IMG/VR virus record: IMGVR_UViG_3300033148_004740
Span: 32,001 to 96,000 of that record
Strand: one strand, 5' to 3'
Source of the DNA: a virus
DNA length: 64,000 nt
The notes below the pieces were generated by a model, which saw nothing but the letters and a program-made list of their open reading frames with translations, ran no database searches and was not told the origin of the DNA. Positions 29,601 through 40,100 of the stretch are shown one piece after another (positions within the stretch are counted from its first letter, which is position 1; each line of letters opens with the position of its first letter). The position numbers and the translations under genes were made by a program.

Positions 29601-29949
29601 TAAGGCGATTAGCTTCTGTGGTAATGTAGTTGAAATTGGAGACCACAAGGGTCTCAACGTTCTCTAGTTCTGTAAAAATGATTGTCAGATCATCCAACAG
29701 CCTGTTCCACATATCGTCATAGTCGGTATGCTTGGGAAGATTGTCCTCTAGCACCTCTGCCTTTTTCATCTGTGGTTCTGTAAGTTCCTTGGAGAACTCT
29801 CTCAAAACCCGAGTAGCTTCAAACAAATATTCTTCCTGTGTCTGGAAAGAGCTAGCAGACAGACTAGTCTGCAGGTTCTTAGACAACTTGTCCAGCTTGC
29901 CTTTGAGCAATGTGCTGTCATCAGGAATAAGATACTTGTTTGCTACCAT
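26638..29949 (-). CDS. Large putative baseplate/tail structural protein (paralog 2 of triad)
   Basis: Same layout; discoidin-like LLDNNPDTWFE segment; C-terminal PVLKDYALK. Confidence 0.5.
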   Translation of the reverse strand: MVANKYLIPDDSTLLKGKLDKLSKNLQTSLSASSFQTQEEYLFEATRVLREFSKELTEPQMKKAEVLEDNLPKHTDYDDMWNRLLDDLTIIFTELENVETLVVSNFNYITTEANRLTSRLKSVSSKLGDYILYSLNPTKDAIYFIDSFNDLTKLELNSALLNEEECDISQEEGVTTLPIDKSKDSILSITETPIINPDSNGVVGNNQQTGAVFNGDIRVLLDNNPDTWFEYERVVTGASDQREPLVLDFTVNLGEKTVINHIRVNPNNFGTKTAIQVEDISTSLDGEAYTSIKDDVPIAGFTTEDEENVFVLAPSSSKFAGQGLYTFTPRKVKYVRFILKQPEPYVIQTTTEERSRYAIGIRDVDIRAFSYKPKGEIVSTRYQSLDEIRKVILQSNQNPSEYSELASITFMLSPDDGGTWHRIQPKEFTGVAGIVGVPEILDFNSADTASITTAVPVKSLRLKVAFERNDDAFEEGSSSFSKTIDTRSELHEIPSSSPFSFSLEKPPVNGTVAVVEPLFGSCGLPGFPYVLGNTSADGFFYSYKLPFPLGNRPWQKEDNGEYFELKPVDIADWIHVLVGGEEWTHSDRPLNLFQADWATSTPAKLFVIDPVNQTLAFGNNQTTFAPADNTPISLWLEADRITPGEVEDNHIASLTFATASNKTDMTIKRYDKEEESLELLGRGKTIARLRHQGVTSASGIAETLGYDEQQTFVNGWEELTATDEWSVDELNGVVYMYTPTSTIVDTSVSYTWQNIYALSTDEWDWATDKVLRDSVSIKESAWKAITVDETTIPFLTSSTVLDLEHLSIVKGTLNLLVIDSNPPVDDESTEEDEAQSANPFITEVLYEDGSTELGALGLKQTLQQVPSLTNSSLNVISLIEQLISTDTSAHKIVFSNKILFATEVAWGTPSVGGEYAIQRDSNHSSYGQCQVYVDAPGSLWEAVYVPNTSLYGGGGSWTLDGTTIVRTGTITYFYEQLILGDEGKYSVDYENGRIFTDRPLLSTFTILASYHYVDFRAEYQIARLLDPLDYDVDITNRTVVVKDSEVFRHLSLPKSSLKGRNGYYLVNYDYVSSTRENITDLKEFFSPVLKDYALKVLTKGRIF

Positions 29950-32009
29950 TAATCAGCCTCAAATTTGGTTTGGTCTTTCTTAGCGGAGACTAGGGTATAC
30001 TCCTCGAGAGCAGGAGTCAGGGTTGGGTCAGAAGTATTTTGCCTCAAGATCACCATTAAGTATAGCTTAGTTTCTGCAACTTGGTTAGAGTCCTCATCAA
30101 TCACAACAACATTCTCTGGTCCAATGCGAGCAGAAAGATCACCCAATAGGTCTACTGCCTGAATTCCTCCTACTATGTCAAATTCTGCATATGGTGCGGT
30201 AGGCTTAGCAAACGTGCTTGAGGTAATTGGGTTGTATGAGACGGTAAAAATGTCTCCCTCACCGGCACCAGCTACCCTTATCTTGAAGACCATTGGGTCA
30301 CCAGTGTCAGGAGTCTTATCTACTGCTACCTGTTCATCAGTTGACCAGCCCTCAGAAGAACCAGGAACATCGTCAATATTAGGAACCTCTTGGCCATTTC
30401 TGTAAACAACAATGTCCCCATCTGTTTTGGTCGTAAAGAATATCGTGCTACCAATATCATTGAAGCTAAGATTAGCCGCACTCTTCTCAGATAAGACAAG
30501 TCTCTCGTGATAGGCTCTGGTCCATCCTAAGGGGAACAAAGGGAACACAGAAGACCTGATGAGAATGTCTTCTGAACTGAAGTCACGCTTAGCTACCCAG
30601 TACTCTATACTTCCCCAAAATGGATAGAGCTCAGGGCTTGTAAAAGGTGTCTCAGCATACACAATCCCTCCCGATCCATCCGTATAAGAACGGCGCTCTT
30701 TTGCTCTGATCCCTGCCTGTCCAACAATCTTACTTGTAAGAGGAGAAGAGACAAAAATCCCTTGTGACAAGTACTTAGCTATACCAATTCTAATGTTGTC
30801 AATGCCTGTAAGAAACTCGACGCCTTTGAATGTGATAGGGCCTTCACCATTAAACAAAGGTATTCCTACTGTATTCATAGCCTTAGAAGAAATAAGATCA
30901 GACAGCTGGGTCGTAGCGGCTACCTCAACGCTCAATATCTGCGAGCCCCCTCGGAGCGAGGCAATAGGATCAAGAGCAATATCGAGGAAGGTAGACAACG
31001 AGGTTCTGTATTCAAATTGCAATGGAAGAGCATTTTCGTTTCGCAGAGTGAGGATTAGTCGTCTTGCAGAGATCTTGCGAAACTGTATTGAGGTTACACC
31101 TGATAACGAAACATCGATTTGCCCTAGAGAAACAGTTGTTCCCGTATCATCTTCAAAAGAGATAGACTCTACATATATATCACGATGATGGACGGGTTCA
31201 ATCTCGATATAGTTGACTTCTTTCCTTGTGCCTAGGTCGAGCTCGAGCTTCACCTTCATAGACTCAGGTTGACTAGAGAACAGGGTCGAGGTGACCCAAT
31301 ATGTTCCCGCAGTATTGTCAATCATCTTGTCTAGAGATGTTCCTGGGCGGTCTACTGAAATCTCTCCTTGGGGAGATTCCGAATCAAAGATCTGTCGAAT
31401 AGACCTGACTGGGTGAAAGATATTCCTCTCATATGGGAGAGTAAGGCGCTCACCCGATAGGTCAACGTGTGCGTCGAAGGTAGCTGAAATAGCCTTCTTG
31501 TTTCTTGGGTCAACGAAAAGTCCCTGTGTATCTACTTGTCGACCAGTGCGACCTTCCTTAGATTCACGGAAGGTTGAAAAGATAGCTGAGTCAAACCCTC
31601 TGCTATCACCATTGAGAAACTCATAGAGGTTTACCTTTGATTCAAGCTCGTCGACACCAGCTTTAAGATTCTTGAGAACTACGTCTCTAACAATAGCAAC
31701 ATGAGAAGACTGTACACTAGCGATATTATTAGCCTCTTCAAAGCCTGCACCAAGATCATCCTCGACTCTATCGAGCATGAAGTTGAACCGCTCCGAGTCA
31801 ATAACCGAACTCTGTTCTCCAAGAAACAGTTTCAAAGAGGGGGTAAGGACAGTTCCTGTAAGCTCACGGACTAGAGAATCTAGCTCACGAGAGAACTCAT
31901 CTATACTCTTGATTTGCCCCGTATTCTTCTTCTTGGTTAGAAGCTTCAAGATCTGGTCCGTCTGTCTCTTTCCCATGAGGCTACGGAACTTGTCAATATA
32001 CTTACCCAT
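29949..32009 (-). CDS. Large putative baseplate/tail structural protein (paralog 1 of triad)
   Basis: Same layout; MIDNTAGTYW segment; C-terminal PALEEYTLV. Confidence 0.5.
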   Translation of the reverse strand: MGKYIDKFRSLMGKRQTDQILKLLTKKKNTGQIKSIDEFSRELDSLVRELTGTVLTPSLKLFLGEQSSVIDSERFNFMLDRVEDDLGAGFEEANNIASVQSSHVAIVRDVVLKNLKAGVDELESKVNLYEFLNGDSRGFDSAIFSTFRESKEGRTGRQVDTQGLFVDPRNKKAISATFDAHVDLSGERLTLPYERNIFHPVRSIRQIFDSESPQGEISVDRPGTSLDKMIDNTAGTYWVTSTLFSSQPESMKVKLELDLGTRKEVNYIEIEPVHHRDIYVESISFEDDTGTTVSLGQIDVSLSGVTSIQFRKISARRLILTLRNENALPLQFEYRTSLSTFLDIALDPIASLRGGSQILSVEVAATTQLSDLISSKAMNTVGIPLFNGEGPITFKGVEFLTGIDNIRIGIAKYLSQGIFVSSPLTSKIVGQAGIRAKERRSYTDGSGGIVYAETPFTSPELYPFWGSIEYWVAKRDFSSEDILIRSSVFPLFPLGWTRAYHERLVLSEKSAANLSFNDIGSTIFFTTKTDGDIVVYRNGQEVPNIDDVPGSSEGWSTDEQVAVDKTPDTGDPMVFKIRVAGAGEGDIFTVSYNPITSSTFAKPTAPYAEFDIVGGIQAVDLLGDLSARIGPENVVVIDEDSNQVAETKLYLMVILRQNTSDPTLTPALEEYTLVSAKKDQTKFEAD

Positions 32010-32466
32010 CTCGACTCCTAGAGAAGTACCAGTTGACCGGGTCAGGGAGACCAGGATTGTTTTCTAGGATCAACCAGTTCCCTATGTCCTCAGAATGAAT
32101 GACCTCAAGAGTATCACCAGGGAGCACAGAGCCTGCTGAGCCTGGGATATCAAGAACACGAAGCATGACCGAATGGTCAGTTGAATAGATCTGCATCAGA
32201 CGGTCGTTGGGACCAATGCGGCGAGCGAGTCGTCTAGCAATGAGGGTTGAGCCACTAGTGAATAATACGGCTTCGAACAAATCTGCTTGCCAAAATTCAC
32301 CAGGCACGATACCTGACAATGCAATGTGTCGTCCAGCATGTGAGAGAGAGACAGATACCATGCTGTCCAAGCGGCCCTTGCTCCAGCTGGCTCTTCCGAG
32401 GTTGACGTCTGTATCGCTACCATGCTCTTCTGTTCCATCAGAAAAGTACTTTGTCCATCCATTCAT
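32002..32466 (-). CDS. Hypothetical protein
   Basis: In-operon ORF with overlapping start/stop; no motif recognised. Confidence 0.5.
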   Translation of the reverse strand: MNGWTKYFSDGTEEHGSDTDVNLGRASWSKGRLDSMVSVSLSHAGRHIALSGIVPGEFWQADLFEAVLFTSGSTLIARRLARRIGPNDRLMQIYSTDHSVMLRVLDIPGSAGSVLPGDTLEVIHSEDIGNWLILENNPGLPDPVNWYFSRSRDG

Positions 32467-33020
32467 TATGATGTGTACGTGAAGCGAAGGCGCAGATCAA
32501 ACTGCCTTGCTCCCGATGTCCCTTCGTTTGTAGGAGTAATAGATCTTATTTGAAAAGATGGCCAGGTTGTCATACTAGCTGGAATGACGCCAGGGCTAAG
32601 CATCCATGCGTTCATGTCTGTTATCAGAATAACGCCGTTCGAAAACGTATCAGCTACGCCAGTTCTAACATGCTGACTCTTCCCGTGAGAAGGAGTCTTG
32701 TCGCCATAGGTAGGCCAAGAAGAAGCAAAGCCACCCTGGGTGTCCATGTTGATCTGGAGACCACCAAAGTCAGCCTCAGCTGCCTCGTCTCCCCAAGACA
32801 CAATCTCAGAATAGTCCGCTGCAGCAGTAGCACCACCAGTATAGGAACCAGAGTACTCAGCTAGGTAGAGCCTACATCCCGTGATAGAGCTAACGCCATC
32901 ATGTGAGATAAACAGTTGCTGGGCGGTAGCGGTACTGCCCGCACCTACACTCCCCAGGTTGACCGGTTCACCAACTGCGGCTCCTCCATTTGTTAAGCTC
33001 CAAGTGATGGAGACTGTCAT
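32466..33020 (-). CDS. Hypothetical beta-rich virion-like protein
   Basis: Strong AAGGAGGAG RBS; beta-strand-rich sequence. Confidence 0.5.
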   Translation of the reverse strand: MTVSITWSLTNGGAAVGEPVNLGSVGAGSTATAQQLFISHDGVSSITGCRLYLAEYSGSYTGGATAAADYSEIVSWGDEAAEADFGGLQINMDTQGGFASSWPTYGDKTPSHGKSQHVRTGVADTFSNGVILITDMNAWMLSPGVIPASMTTWPSFQIRSITPTNEGTSGARQFDLRLRFTYTS

Positions 33021-33030
33021 TGGCTCCTCC

Positions 33031-33354
33031 TTATGGGACAGTAAAGCTCATACCAAGAGCATCGGTAGTAGCTATTTCTACATACTTTACAATTACTTGA
33101 TAACTCTTAGCTCTGGCCACTCCCATTCCCCAGGATGAAATTTCTTGTGGTCCAATTGGCTGAGGGACTAGAGCCTTGAAGTCACCGTTAACTAGTATAC
33201 CCCCAACAACACTAATGTAATAGAGGGCACCATTGATCAGTCCAGTGATAACAAACTCGTTCCCAGCATCCAGATGATCAAGTGGAGACCCATTCGCTAG
33301 CGTCCATGGACCCTTGGGCGAAGTAGAGTAATAGATGTTGTACTTAAAATCCAT
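33031..33354 (-). CDS. C-terminal part of an FN3 domain, probably expressed as a +1 frameshift extension of 33344..35305
   Basis: YNIYYS...ITGLINGALYYISV are FN3 strands C-F; strands A-B (LHISW) end the upstream ORF. Confidence 0.6.
   Translation of the reverse strand: MDFKYNIYYSTSPKGPWTLANGSPLDHLDAGNEFVITGLINGALYYISVVGGILVNGDFKALVPQPIGPQEISSWGMGVARAKSYQVIVKYVEIATTDALGMSFTVP
33344..33349 (-). promoter_or_regulatory. Candidate +1 ribosomal frameshift site (UUU UAA)
   Basis: Minus-strand GGA TTT TAA G: Phe codon can re-pair in +1 with a stop in the A site; the +1 frame continues KYNIYY. Confidence 0.5.
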
Positions 33355-35305
33355 AACCTGTCCAAGAGATGTGAAGTCCAGAGCTTACCATATCCATCCC
33401 GCTTACTTCGATGTCGATACCATAGGCTTTTGCTACAGGGTAGGTCCCAAAGGCTACGTGCCTTTCGATTACGTCCCTAACCTGATCTACCTGAAAACGA
33501 CCACCAGCATCCTCGAGAACGCTTGCAGGCACTTCTACCATGAAGTTAGCATTGTGAGGATAAGGGATCCCATCCCAACGGCCAATATCCCAGTACCAGC
33601 TAACCTCTGGCTGTCTGAGCTTGGCGTCATCTATCAGGTCCTGCCTAATCCCTCCGCCACGGCGGCGAACATCTAGCCAGGTAATATCCTCAATGTCTTG
33701 GGCCTCTCCAATCGTCATGTCCCCGAGAACAAGATAAAGACCAGAGCCAACCACGCTAAGAGATTCTGTGAAAGTGAGCCAGGCCCCTGATGGCGTGACC
33801 TCCTCAGCCTTCCCGTCATAGTACATGTCGTTCCAGACACTTCCTACAAGCCAACCGCTCACAGTAACAAAGTCAGGGTGATCAGAGTCCGTAATCAGTC
33901 CAGTCTCATTTACACTTAGGTAATACAAAGTTTGGGTTGAGGGAGAGGCTAGGACATCTGGTTCTACAAACAGAACAGTCTTCAGAGGAATGATATTCCT
34001 GTTTAGTAGTGGGTTGAGATTGATGAGAGTAAACTCGTAGCTCTTTTCCTCATAGTAGTAGGTAGACTCGAGTACGTATGTGCTAAGGAGGGTGACTCCC
34101 TCAATATCTACAAAGCCTGTAGCTTTGTCAAAGCTCTTAATTCCTATACGACTAGATGTGTCCCAGTGTTTATAAAGCTGGAGGTTGCTAGCTACTGTGC
34201 CCGCTAGAGAACTGTCTGTAGTAAACGCGGCTATACCTGCGCCAGTACTGTCATTCACAAGAATAGAGAGATGGAGTTCATCGTCCACTACCACATCCCT
34301 ATGGGCTAGTTTGATTAGCCGAGATGTCAGTATAGATGACATCTCCCCATCAATAAATTTGTATGGGACTTCAGGAAAGAAACTCTGGTCCAAAAATTGT
34401 GCTAGATGGTACCTATACTTGATCCCATCGATAGCCCAAAAGAATTTTCCGTTAGGGATACGGACATACCACTGGTCAGTAGCAGTCGTCAGCGCTGGGG
34501 GTTGAACAGAAATCTTTGAATCTGAGATATGCTCGAAGGCATACTTTTTCACAGCCGGGAGACTAACCTCATAACCATTCGGATCCTCATTAATAAAATA
34601 GACTTTACGTCCACTCTTGACCTGAAGAAACTCATCCAAATCCTCGAACGTTACTTCCTTATATACTAGCTCATTGCTCAGAAGGTCAGTATACGTATAG
34701 ATGTTGTCTCCGTTTCGTACACTGTACTTCACATAGTAGTATGTGAACCTGGAGGCTGACTCAAAGTCTGGAACAAGATTGTTGTAAACAATACCTTGGT
34801 CTAGATCGATAGAGAGCTCAGAAAGAATAAGCACAGTAAAGTTGGAGTCGAGCACTTCAACACCAAGCAAACTTACATCAGTAGCAAGGTCCCAGTCCTT
34901 ATCAGAAGCATCCTCTCTGGGTAGTTTTTCGGTATCTATGACATGCCTATAGTAGAGAGGAGTATCCAGCACTGTGCTTTCCGAGGCCACAAAGGTGTCT
35001 GTCAGCATAAAGTCCTGTGTCTGAACAAAGAAGGCTGAGGCGCTCTCCTTAACAACAGTCTGAGGATTTGGGACTCTGTTAATCCCTATGGTCGTCGACT
35101 TGTCTATGATAGAAAGATTCCGAGTAGCAGAAACTTCATCTTCACAAGTAGCAAAAGAGATTGCTGCTGCGGCTGCTGATAAGGCAGGACGATAGACAAT
35201 ACTCTCTCTTCTCTTGGTGATGTTCAAAAATGAGTCTACAGACACAGAGCCAGAGACCTCGTTGACTGTAAACTGTAGACCAAGAGAAGAATTACTATCT
35301 GACAT
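33344..35305 (-). CDS. Putative structural protein (653 aa; 757 aa if frameshifted)
   Basis: In structural operon; ends GLHISWTGYGF at TTT TAA. Confidence 0.55.
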   Translation of the reverse strand: MSDSNSSLGLQFTVNEVSGSVSVDSFLNITKRRESIVYRPALSAAAAAISFATCEDEVSATRNLSIIDKSTTIGINRVPNPQTVVKESASAFFVQTQDFMLTDTFVASESTVLDTPLYYRHVIDTEKLPREDASDKDWDLATDVSLLGVEVLDSNFTVLILSELSIDLDQGIVYNNLVPDFESASRFTYYYVKYSVRNGDNIYTYTDLLSNELVYKEVTFEDLDEFLQVKSGRKVYFINEDPNGYEVSLPAVKKYAFEHISDSKISVQPPALTTATDQWYVRIPNGKFFWAIDGIKYRYHLAQFLDQSFFPEVPYKFIDGEMSSILTSRLIKLAHRDVVVDDELHLSILVNDSTGAGIAAFTTDSSLAGTVASNLQLYKHWDTSSRIGIKSFDKATGFVDIEGVTLLSTYVLESTYYYEEKSYEFTLINLNPLLNRNIIPLKTVLFVEPDVLASPSTQTLYYLSVNETGLITDSDHPDFVTVSGWLVGSVWNDMYYDGKAEEVTPSGAWLTFTESLSVVGSGLYLVLGDMTIGEAQDIEDITWLDVRRRGGGIRQDLIDDAKLRQPEVSWYWDIGRWDGIPYPHNANFMVEVPASVLEDAGGRFQVDQVRDVIERHVAFGTYPVAKAYGIDIEVSGMDMVSSGLHISWTGYGF

Positions 35306-35316
35306 TTAAACCTCTT

Positions 35317-37110
35317 TTACGATTCCATGTTGGCTCCAGAAAGAATTCGCCAACGGCCATAAGTTCCACCAAAGTTTTCGGCGTCATATACGAACATACA
35401 TATATGACCAGGCTGGAGGGTCCAGTCACTATCAACGAGGTCAAGCCGGTTTCCGTCAGCCGAGTCAACACTATCATCTTTAAACGTTAATACATAAGCA
35501 GACTGGTTTAAAACTATAAGAATAGTGCCGGTTCTATTAGTCCCGACAAACCCAGTAATAGCAAAGGCCCCACCAGCACCATTCGTAACCTGTAGATTCG
35601 AGGTGGTCACTGGAACATCATCGTTATCTCCAGCAGAAGGGACAAAGGTACAATGATCTATACCAAAAAGACTATTGACCTGGACCGTCTTTGCATAACC
35701 CTGAATACTAGGCCCAGTAATGTCTCCAAAACAAACCTTAAAACTATCATTTGCTAGATCTTCATCAAGAGCTCGGCTTCGGTCAGCTAGAATAAGGTCA
35801 CCAATCATGGCGTTATCTAGATTGTCTCGATGATAAGCACCAGAAGTTCCGTAGCTTCCTGCTCTACTAAGGAGAGAGGTATGGTCATCTCCGGCCCACC
35901 TTGAGCTTGGCCATTCGATACCAGACACAGGATAGGTCCCTGGATGCCCTGTATAGCTCTCACCTGGTGGGTTCAAGAACTTGAGCATCGAGTGCTCCAT
36001 GGTTGCAGCAAAGTCACCCTTGTTCCCATGGTCATGGCTATAGACTGAGTTTGCTAATGTCCAGAAAGATCTAGACAGAGGAGCTCCAGCAGCAATCACA
36101 GATAGCTGTGTGGAATTGTAACTACTCTCTTGCTCATTAGTAGAGACATAAGCTTCCAGATCAGTACTGGCCGACTCAATAACAAAGACCCAACTATCTG
36201 AAGTCTTCTTAAAAATAGCATCAGCAATAACCTGGTCCGCTGCACGGTCCCAGAGATAGATAAATCCAGTTGGGAGAACGTCACCAACAGCAATCGCTCC
36301 CCACTGATCCTGTAGATCTTTAGGAAGGGCGTAACGATAGTGTTCATGATTTAGTGCATTAACGTCCGGGTCCTGCCAAAGTCTCTTATTCGCTTGAACA
36401 GTAGTATCGAAGTTGTCATCAACTCCACCACCATAATCTAAGGCATCTGGATATCGTTCAGGTCTCTCCCACGAGCTAGAGAATGTGAGGGGTTGCCGTG
36501 GAGGAAAGTGTAGATAATAGATAGATCCAGACTTAGAGATACGACATCCCGTGTAGTCAGTTTGGCGGGAGTCTGGGACAACACCCGGTAAAGTCTCTGT
36601 TCCGACATTCCAGTCAGATGGGTCTACCGTATAGGTAACTGCTGTAGTCCCCGTGAGAGCAGAACCAAGACGCATTCGACCTGTCGAGTCGTCTACGAAA
36701 TAATCGACAGCAGCATCAACTTCCCATGCGAGAGTCTTCTCTGTTGTGTACTGCTGATTCCAGGAGAACGCGCTTCCCGACTTTGGTTTGAATTGAAGAT
36801 ATACATCAGTCTCACCAGTAAACTTGTTGCCTACATTGTCTTCATAGAGGAACTCGCTAACAGAGGGAAACAGAGCTGGGTTAAGATAGCGCATCTCCCC
36901 CATGACCCTTGCGAGGCTAGTGATCTGCAAAGGAAAGTTGCTCATGACCGGGTCACCAGACTGGTTCCACAGATCACCAACAGCCTTCTCGAGAACGTTA
37001 ATACCCGTACGCCCTTGGCGAGCGACCGCAGTCAGCTTCGAGGGCGAAGGTTGTTCTCCTGCAGTAAAGGTAATATCTAGCGGGGCTGTTGCCCTTAGTT
37101 TGTCAGCCAT
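35317..37110 (-). CDS. Putative tail/baseplate fibre-like structural protein
   Basis: N-terminal GEQPSPSKL helix motif; C-terminal beta-rich domain ending in RWRILS, as often seen at fibre tips. Confidence 0.45.
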   Translation of the reverse strand: MADKLRATAPLDITFTAGEQPSPSKLTAVARQGRTGINVLEKAVGDLWNQSGDPVMSNFPLQITSLARVMGEMRYLNPALFPSVSEFLYEDNVGNKFTGETDVYLQFKPKSGSAFSWNQQYTTEKTLAWEVDAAVDYFVDDSTGRMRLGSALTGTTAVTYTVDPSDWNVGTETLPGVVPDSRQTDYTGCRISKSGSIYYLHFPPRQPLTFSSSWERPERYPDALDYGGGVDDNFDTTVQANKRLWQDPDVNALNHEHYRYALPKDLQDQWGAIAVGDVLPTGFIYLWDRAADQVIADAIFKKTSDSWVFVIESASTDLEAYVSTNEQESSYNSTQLSVIAAGAPLSRSFWTLANSVYSHDHGNKGDFAATMEHSMLKFLNPPGESYTGHPGTYPVSGIEWPSSRWAGDDHTSLLSRAGSYGTSGAYHRDNLDNAMIGDLILADRSRALDEDLANDSFKVCFGDITGPSIQGYAKTVQVNSLFGIDHCTFVPSAGDNDDVPVTTSNLQVTNGAGGAFAITGFVGTNRTGTILIVLNQSAYVLTFKDDSVDSADGNRLDLVDSDWTLQPGHICMFVYDAENFGGTYGRWRILSGANMES

Positions 37111-37122
37111 TACACACCTCTG

Positions 37123-40100
37123 TTATTCGTAGTATCCACTGATGAGATACTCGTTTGGATTGATATATGTTACCTGGTCTATTTCTGATGCTACAGTGAT
37201 CCCTGCTGATTTCAAGCGGAAGCCAAGTGGAATGTCACCAGGAGCCGCAGTTAACTCAATATGATCTAACCCAAGTGTTACTGAGTCTGCCTTATGGGTA
37301 CGCCTAAACCAATTGATATAAGACTCTCCCACAAAATCATAGCCTGATACTGTCAAGGTTGTATTAGTAAGACGAGCTCCATTTGAGAAACGGACTTCGT
37401 CATAAAGACCCAAGGGGGTTCCAATCGAATCAGTAGGATAACCAGCAAATATCCCTGAATCGGCACCATCGGCAATGGCGGCAGGACCACTAGTTAGCTC
37501 AACCCCTGAAGCTACCTCAATACCATCTATATGTATACCATATGAGAGGATTCCGCTAACAGAGGCACCATAATAAGCAGGATCTATCTCGTCGAAGAGC
37601 CAAACCAATTTGTAGTGATGCCAGTCAAGTAACTCATCTCTAGAAGAGAAGAGATCATCAAGCTTGACTCCAATCCAACCAATGTCATCATCTGATAGCT
37701 GCAGAACACAGCGCAAATAAGAGTCTCCAGTAGATGTCCATTTCCAGAAACCAAACAAAATTGTGTTGGAATAACTCAGATTTCCCCAAGTATAGAGCAG
37801 CAACATGTCTGTCTTATCAGTATCTCCAACATAGAGCACGTTAGACTTGTAATTGAATTCAAAAGTTCCTTCTGCTCCTTGGTTTTCTGCTGCTGTCATA
37901 AGCCCTGAGGCTTGGAAGCATTGACCACTTGCCTGAACGTCATATGCTCCCTGAGACAGACCACTCGAAGTGGGGACTGCATCAATGTTTATCAGATTTA
38001 GTCCGTTACCAGACGAATCATTGGTATTCCCATCAAAGTGCCAGAGACCAATTGTTTCAATATCTTCTCCACTAGTAGAAGTATAGGGAAGATACGATGC
38101 AATCATGTCTCCTGATCTCTCTTCAAGATAAGAACTATACCAGTCAGACTGAGTTGCTAAGATCTCTGTATCTATTACGTCATCAATGTCTCTGATCCTA
38201 GCTAAGACTCCACTAACAACATCGTCAATAGCAGAAACGTATTTGGTGCCGTTAGCTTCCTCGGTAATCAAGATGTTCAGGTCAATAGTATTAGAGTAAA
38301 TGCGTCGACCCGAGCGCTGGTTAACGACATATGCTCGAGCAGATGTACTTCCCTCAACAGCGACAAAGTATGACTTGGTCAAGTTGATGCCAGGCTCTTC
38401 AAGAGCAGTGTCTGGAGTAAAAACTAAACTATAGACAGGGTCTTCATCTGAGCCTGTGTTGCTGATACTGTCTGAATATCTAGGACCAAGAGCAACACCA
38501 GTAAATGTTCCAGTACGAGGATCTATGATATCTTCTCCACTTACCGTAACCAGGGTTTTCTTACCTGTAGATATATCACCGACAGAGTAGGTCTCTGGTG
38601 TACCAAGCCCATGCATCTCTCGAAAGAGAATTTCATAGTCGATATCAGCCTGGCCGCTTACTGGCAAGTCGTTATCGTTCAAGTAGTCTGTGTAGTATGT
38701 CTCCAATCTGGCTTCTGGGATACCAAGGATCTTATCATCCTGCCATACCTTATAGACCCATACTCCACTAACACTAGTGGGCTCAGAAATACCACTCACT
38801 GAAACAGTTGCAGAAACGCCAGGATCAATGACAACATCTGTTGTGAACGTACCAATATCTTCAACAGTTGATGGGGGACTATAGAGAGCAAAAGCTTTAC
38901 CGCTTGCCCCCGTTGCTGAGCTGATTGAAGTCTCTGTCCCAAAGGTTCCAAGGATAGGAGCTTGTAGATCAAAGGTAACAGTCTGTCCCTCGAGTGCTTC
39001 GCCTGCTGAGTTCTTCACCGTAGCTACTAGACGACCGATATTGTTCCCAACATTGATCTGGTATGGACTTCCAGTCGGGAGCTCTGCGGTCAAAACGATA
39101 GAAGCTACTTCTGATTCAGCAGTCTGTACTTGAACGAACCCCTTGCTAAGAGCAGAAAGAGGATTCAGGTCTGCGTTAGAATCATTGATCCACTCCCCGG
39201 CAAAATTAGGTTCATAGAACACAGACTGGCCTGCCCAGTAGTGGACGACAATACGGTCACCTGCAGGAGGGACGAGACTGACGTCTCCGAAGGCCAGGAC
39301 ACCACGTTCATTATCTATCCATACTTCTTGGCCACTTGAGGTGAACTCATCTAGACCAGAGATACTAGTCCATTCAGTCAACATATCCGCATCGGAGTAA
39401 GACCAAACAGTAACCGTAGTATCCTCTGGGACAGGAGAGTAGACCAAATGAAACTGTTGTTCTACATCCCCTGATGAGATACCAACTAGCTCAAGACCAG
39501 AGACCTCGGTTACAGTAGGGGTTCCACCAGCTACACTACCAATCTCGTCGGTCCAGTCGTTGTTCAACCATACGCGTGGAGGAGAGAAGTTTGTGGCATC
39601 TACCTTGAACTCAGGAGAGTCAGAGGTTGTAAGCTCGAGTCTCTTGCGGAAGTCGAGATCTGCATAGTGCTTGTTCTCAACCTTGTTGTATCTAAAGCGC
39701 CTAACCTGAATTGGGTATGTAGGCTTAGGGTCAAACTGCAGGTCAATGAACTGCAGACCACTTACCGTACTGTCCCTCAAGAAATCATGTGACTGATACT
39801 CATCACTGAAGAGGTACCACTCATCCTCATAGTTGTAGAAGTACCCGCTATGGACCCTGGGGACCCAAGCACGCCAGTCGGATACGTACACAGGGAGTAT
39901 TGTTGCTTGTGCTAAATCATCATTGTCTCCGTATCCCGACTGCCAAAGGTTGTCAGAGATACCTGAAGTAGTTGGATCCCAAAGGGTGGAAATTGTGGCA
40001 GAGGCCTGGAACTCCCTGTCGGTAGGCCAAGTACGCCTGTCCCACTGCCACCCTTGTATCTTCTTGTTCGACCCTGGGTGCTCTTCGCTGACATAGATAG

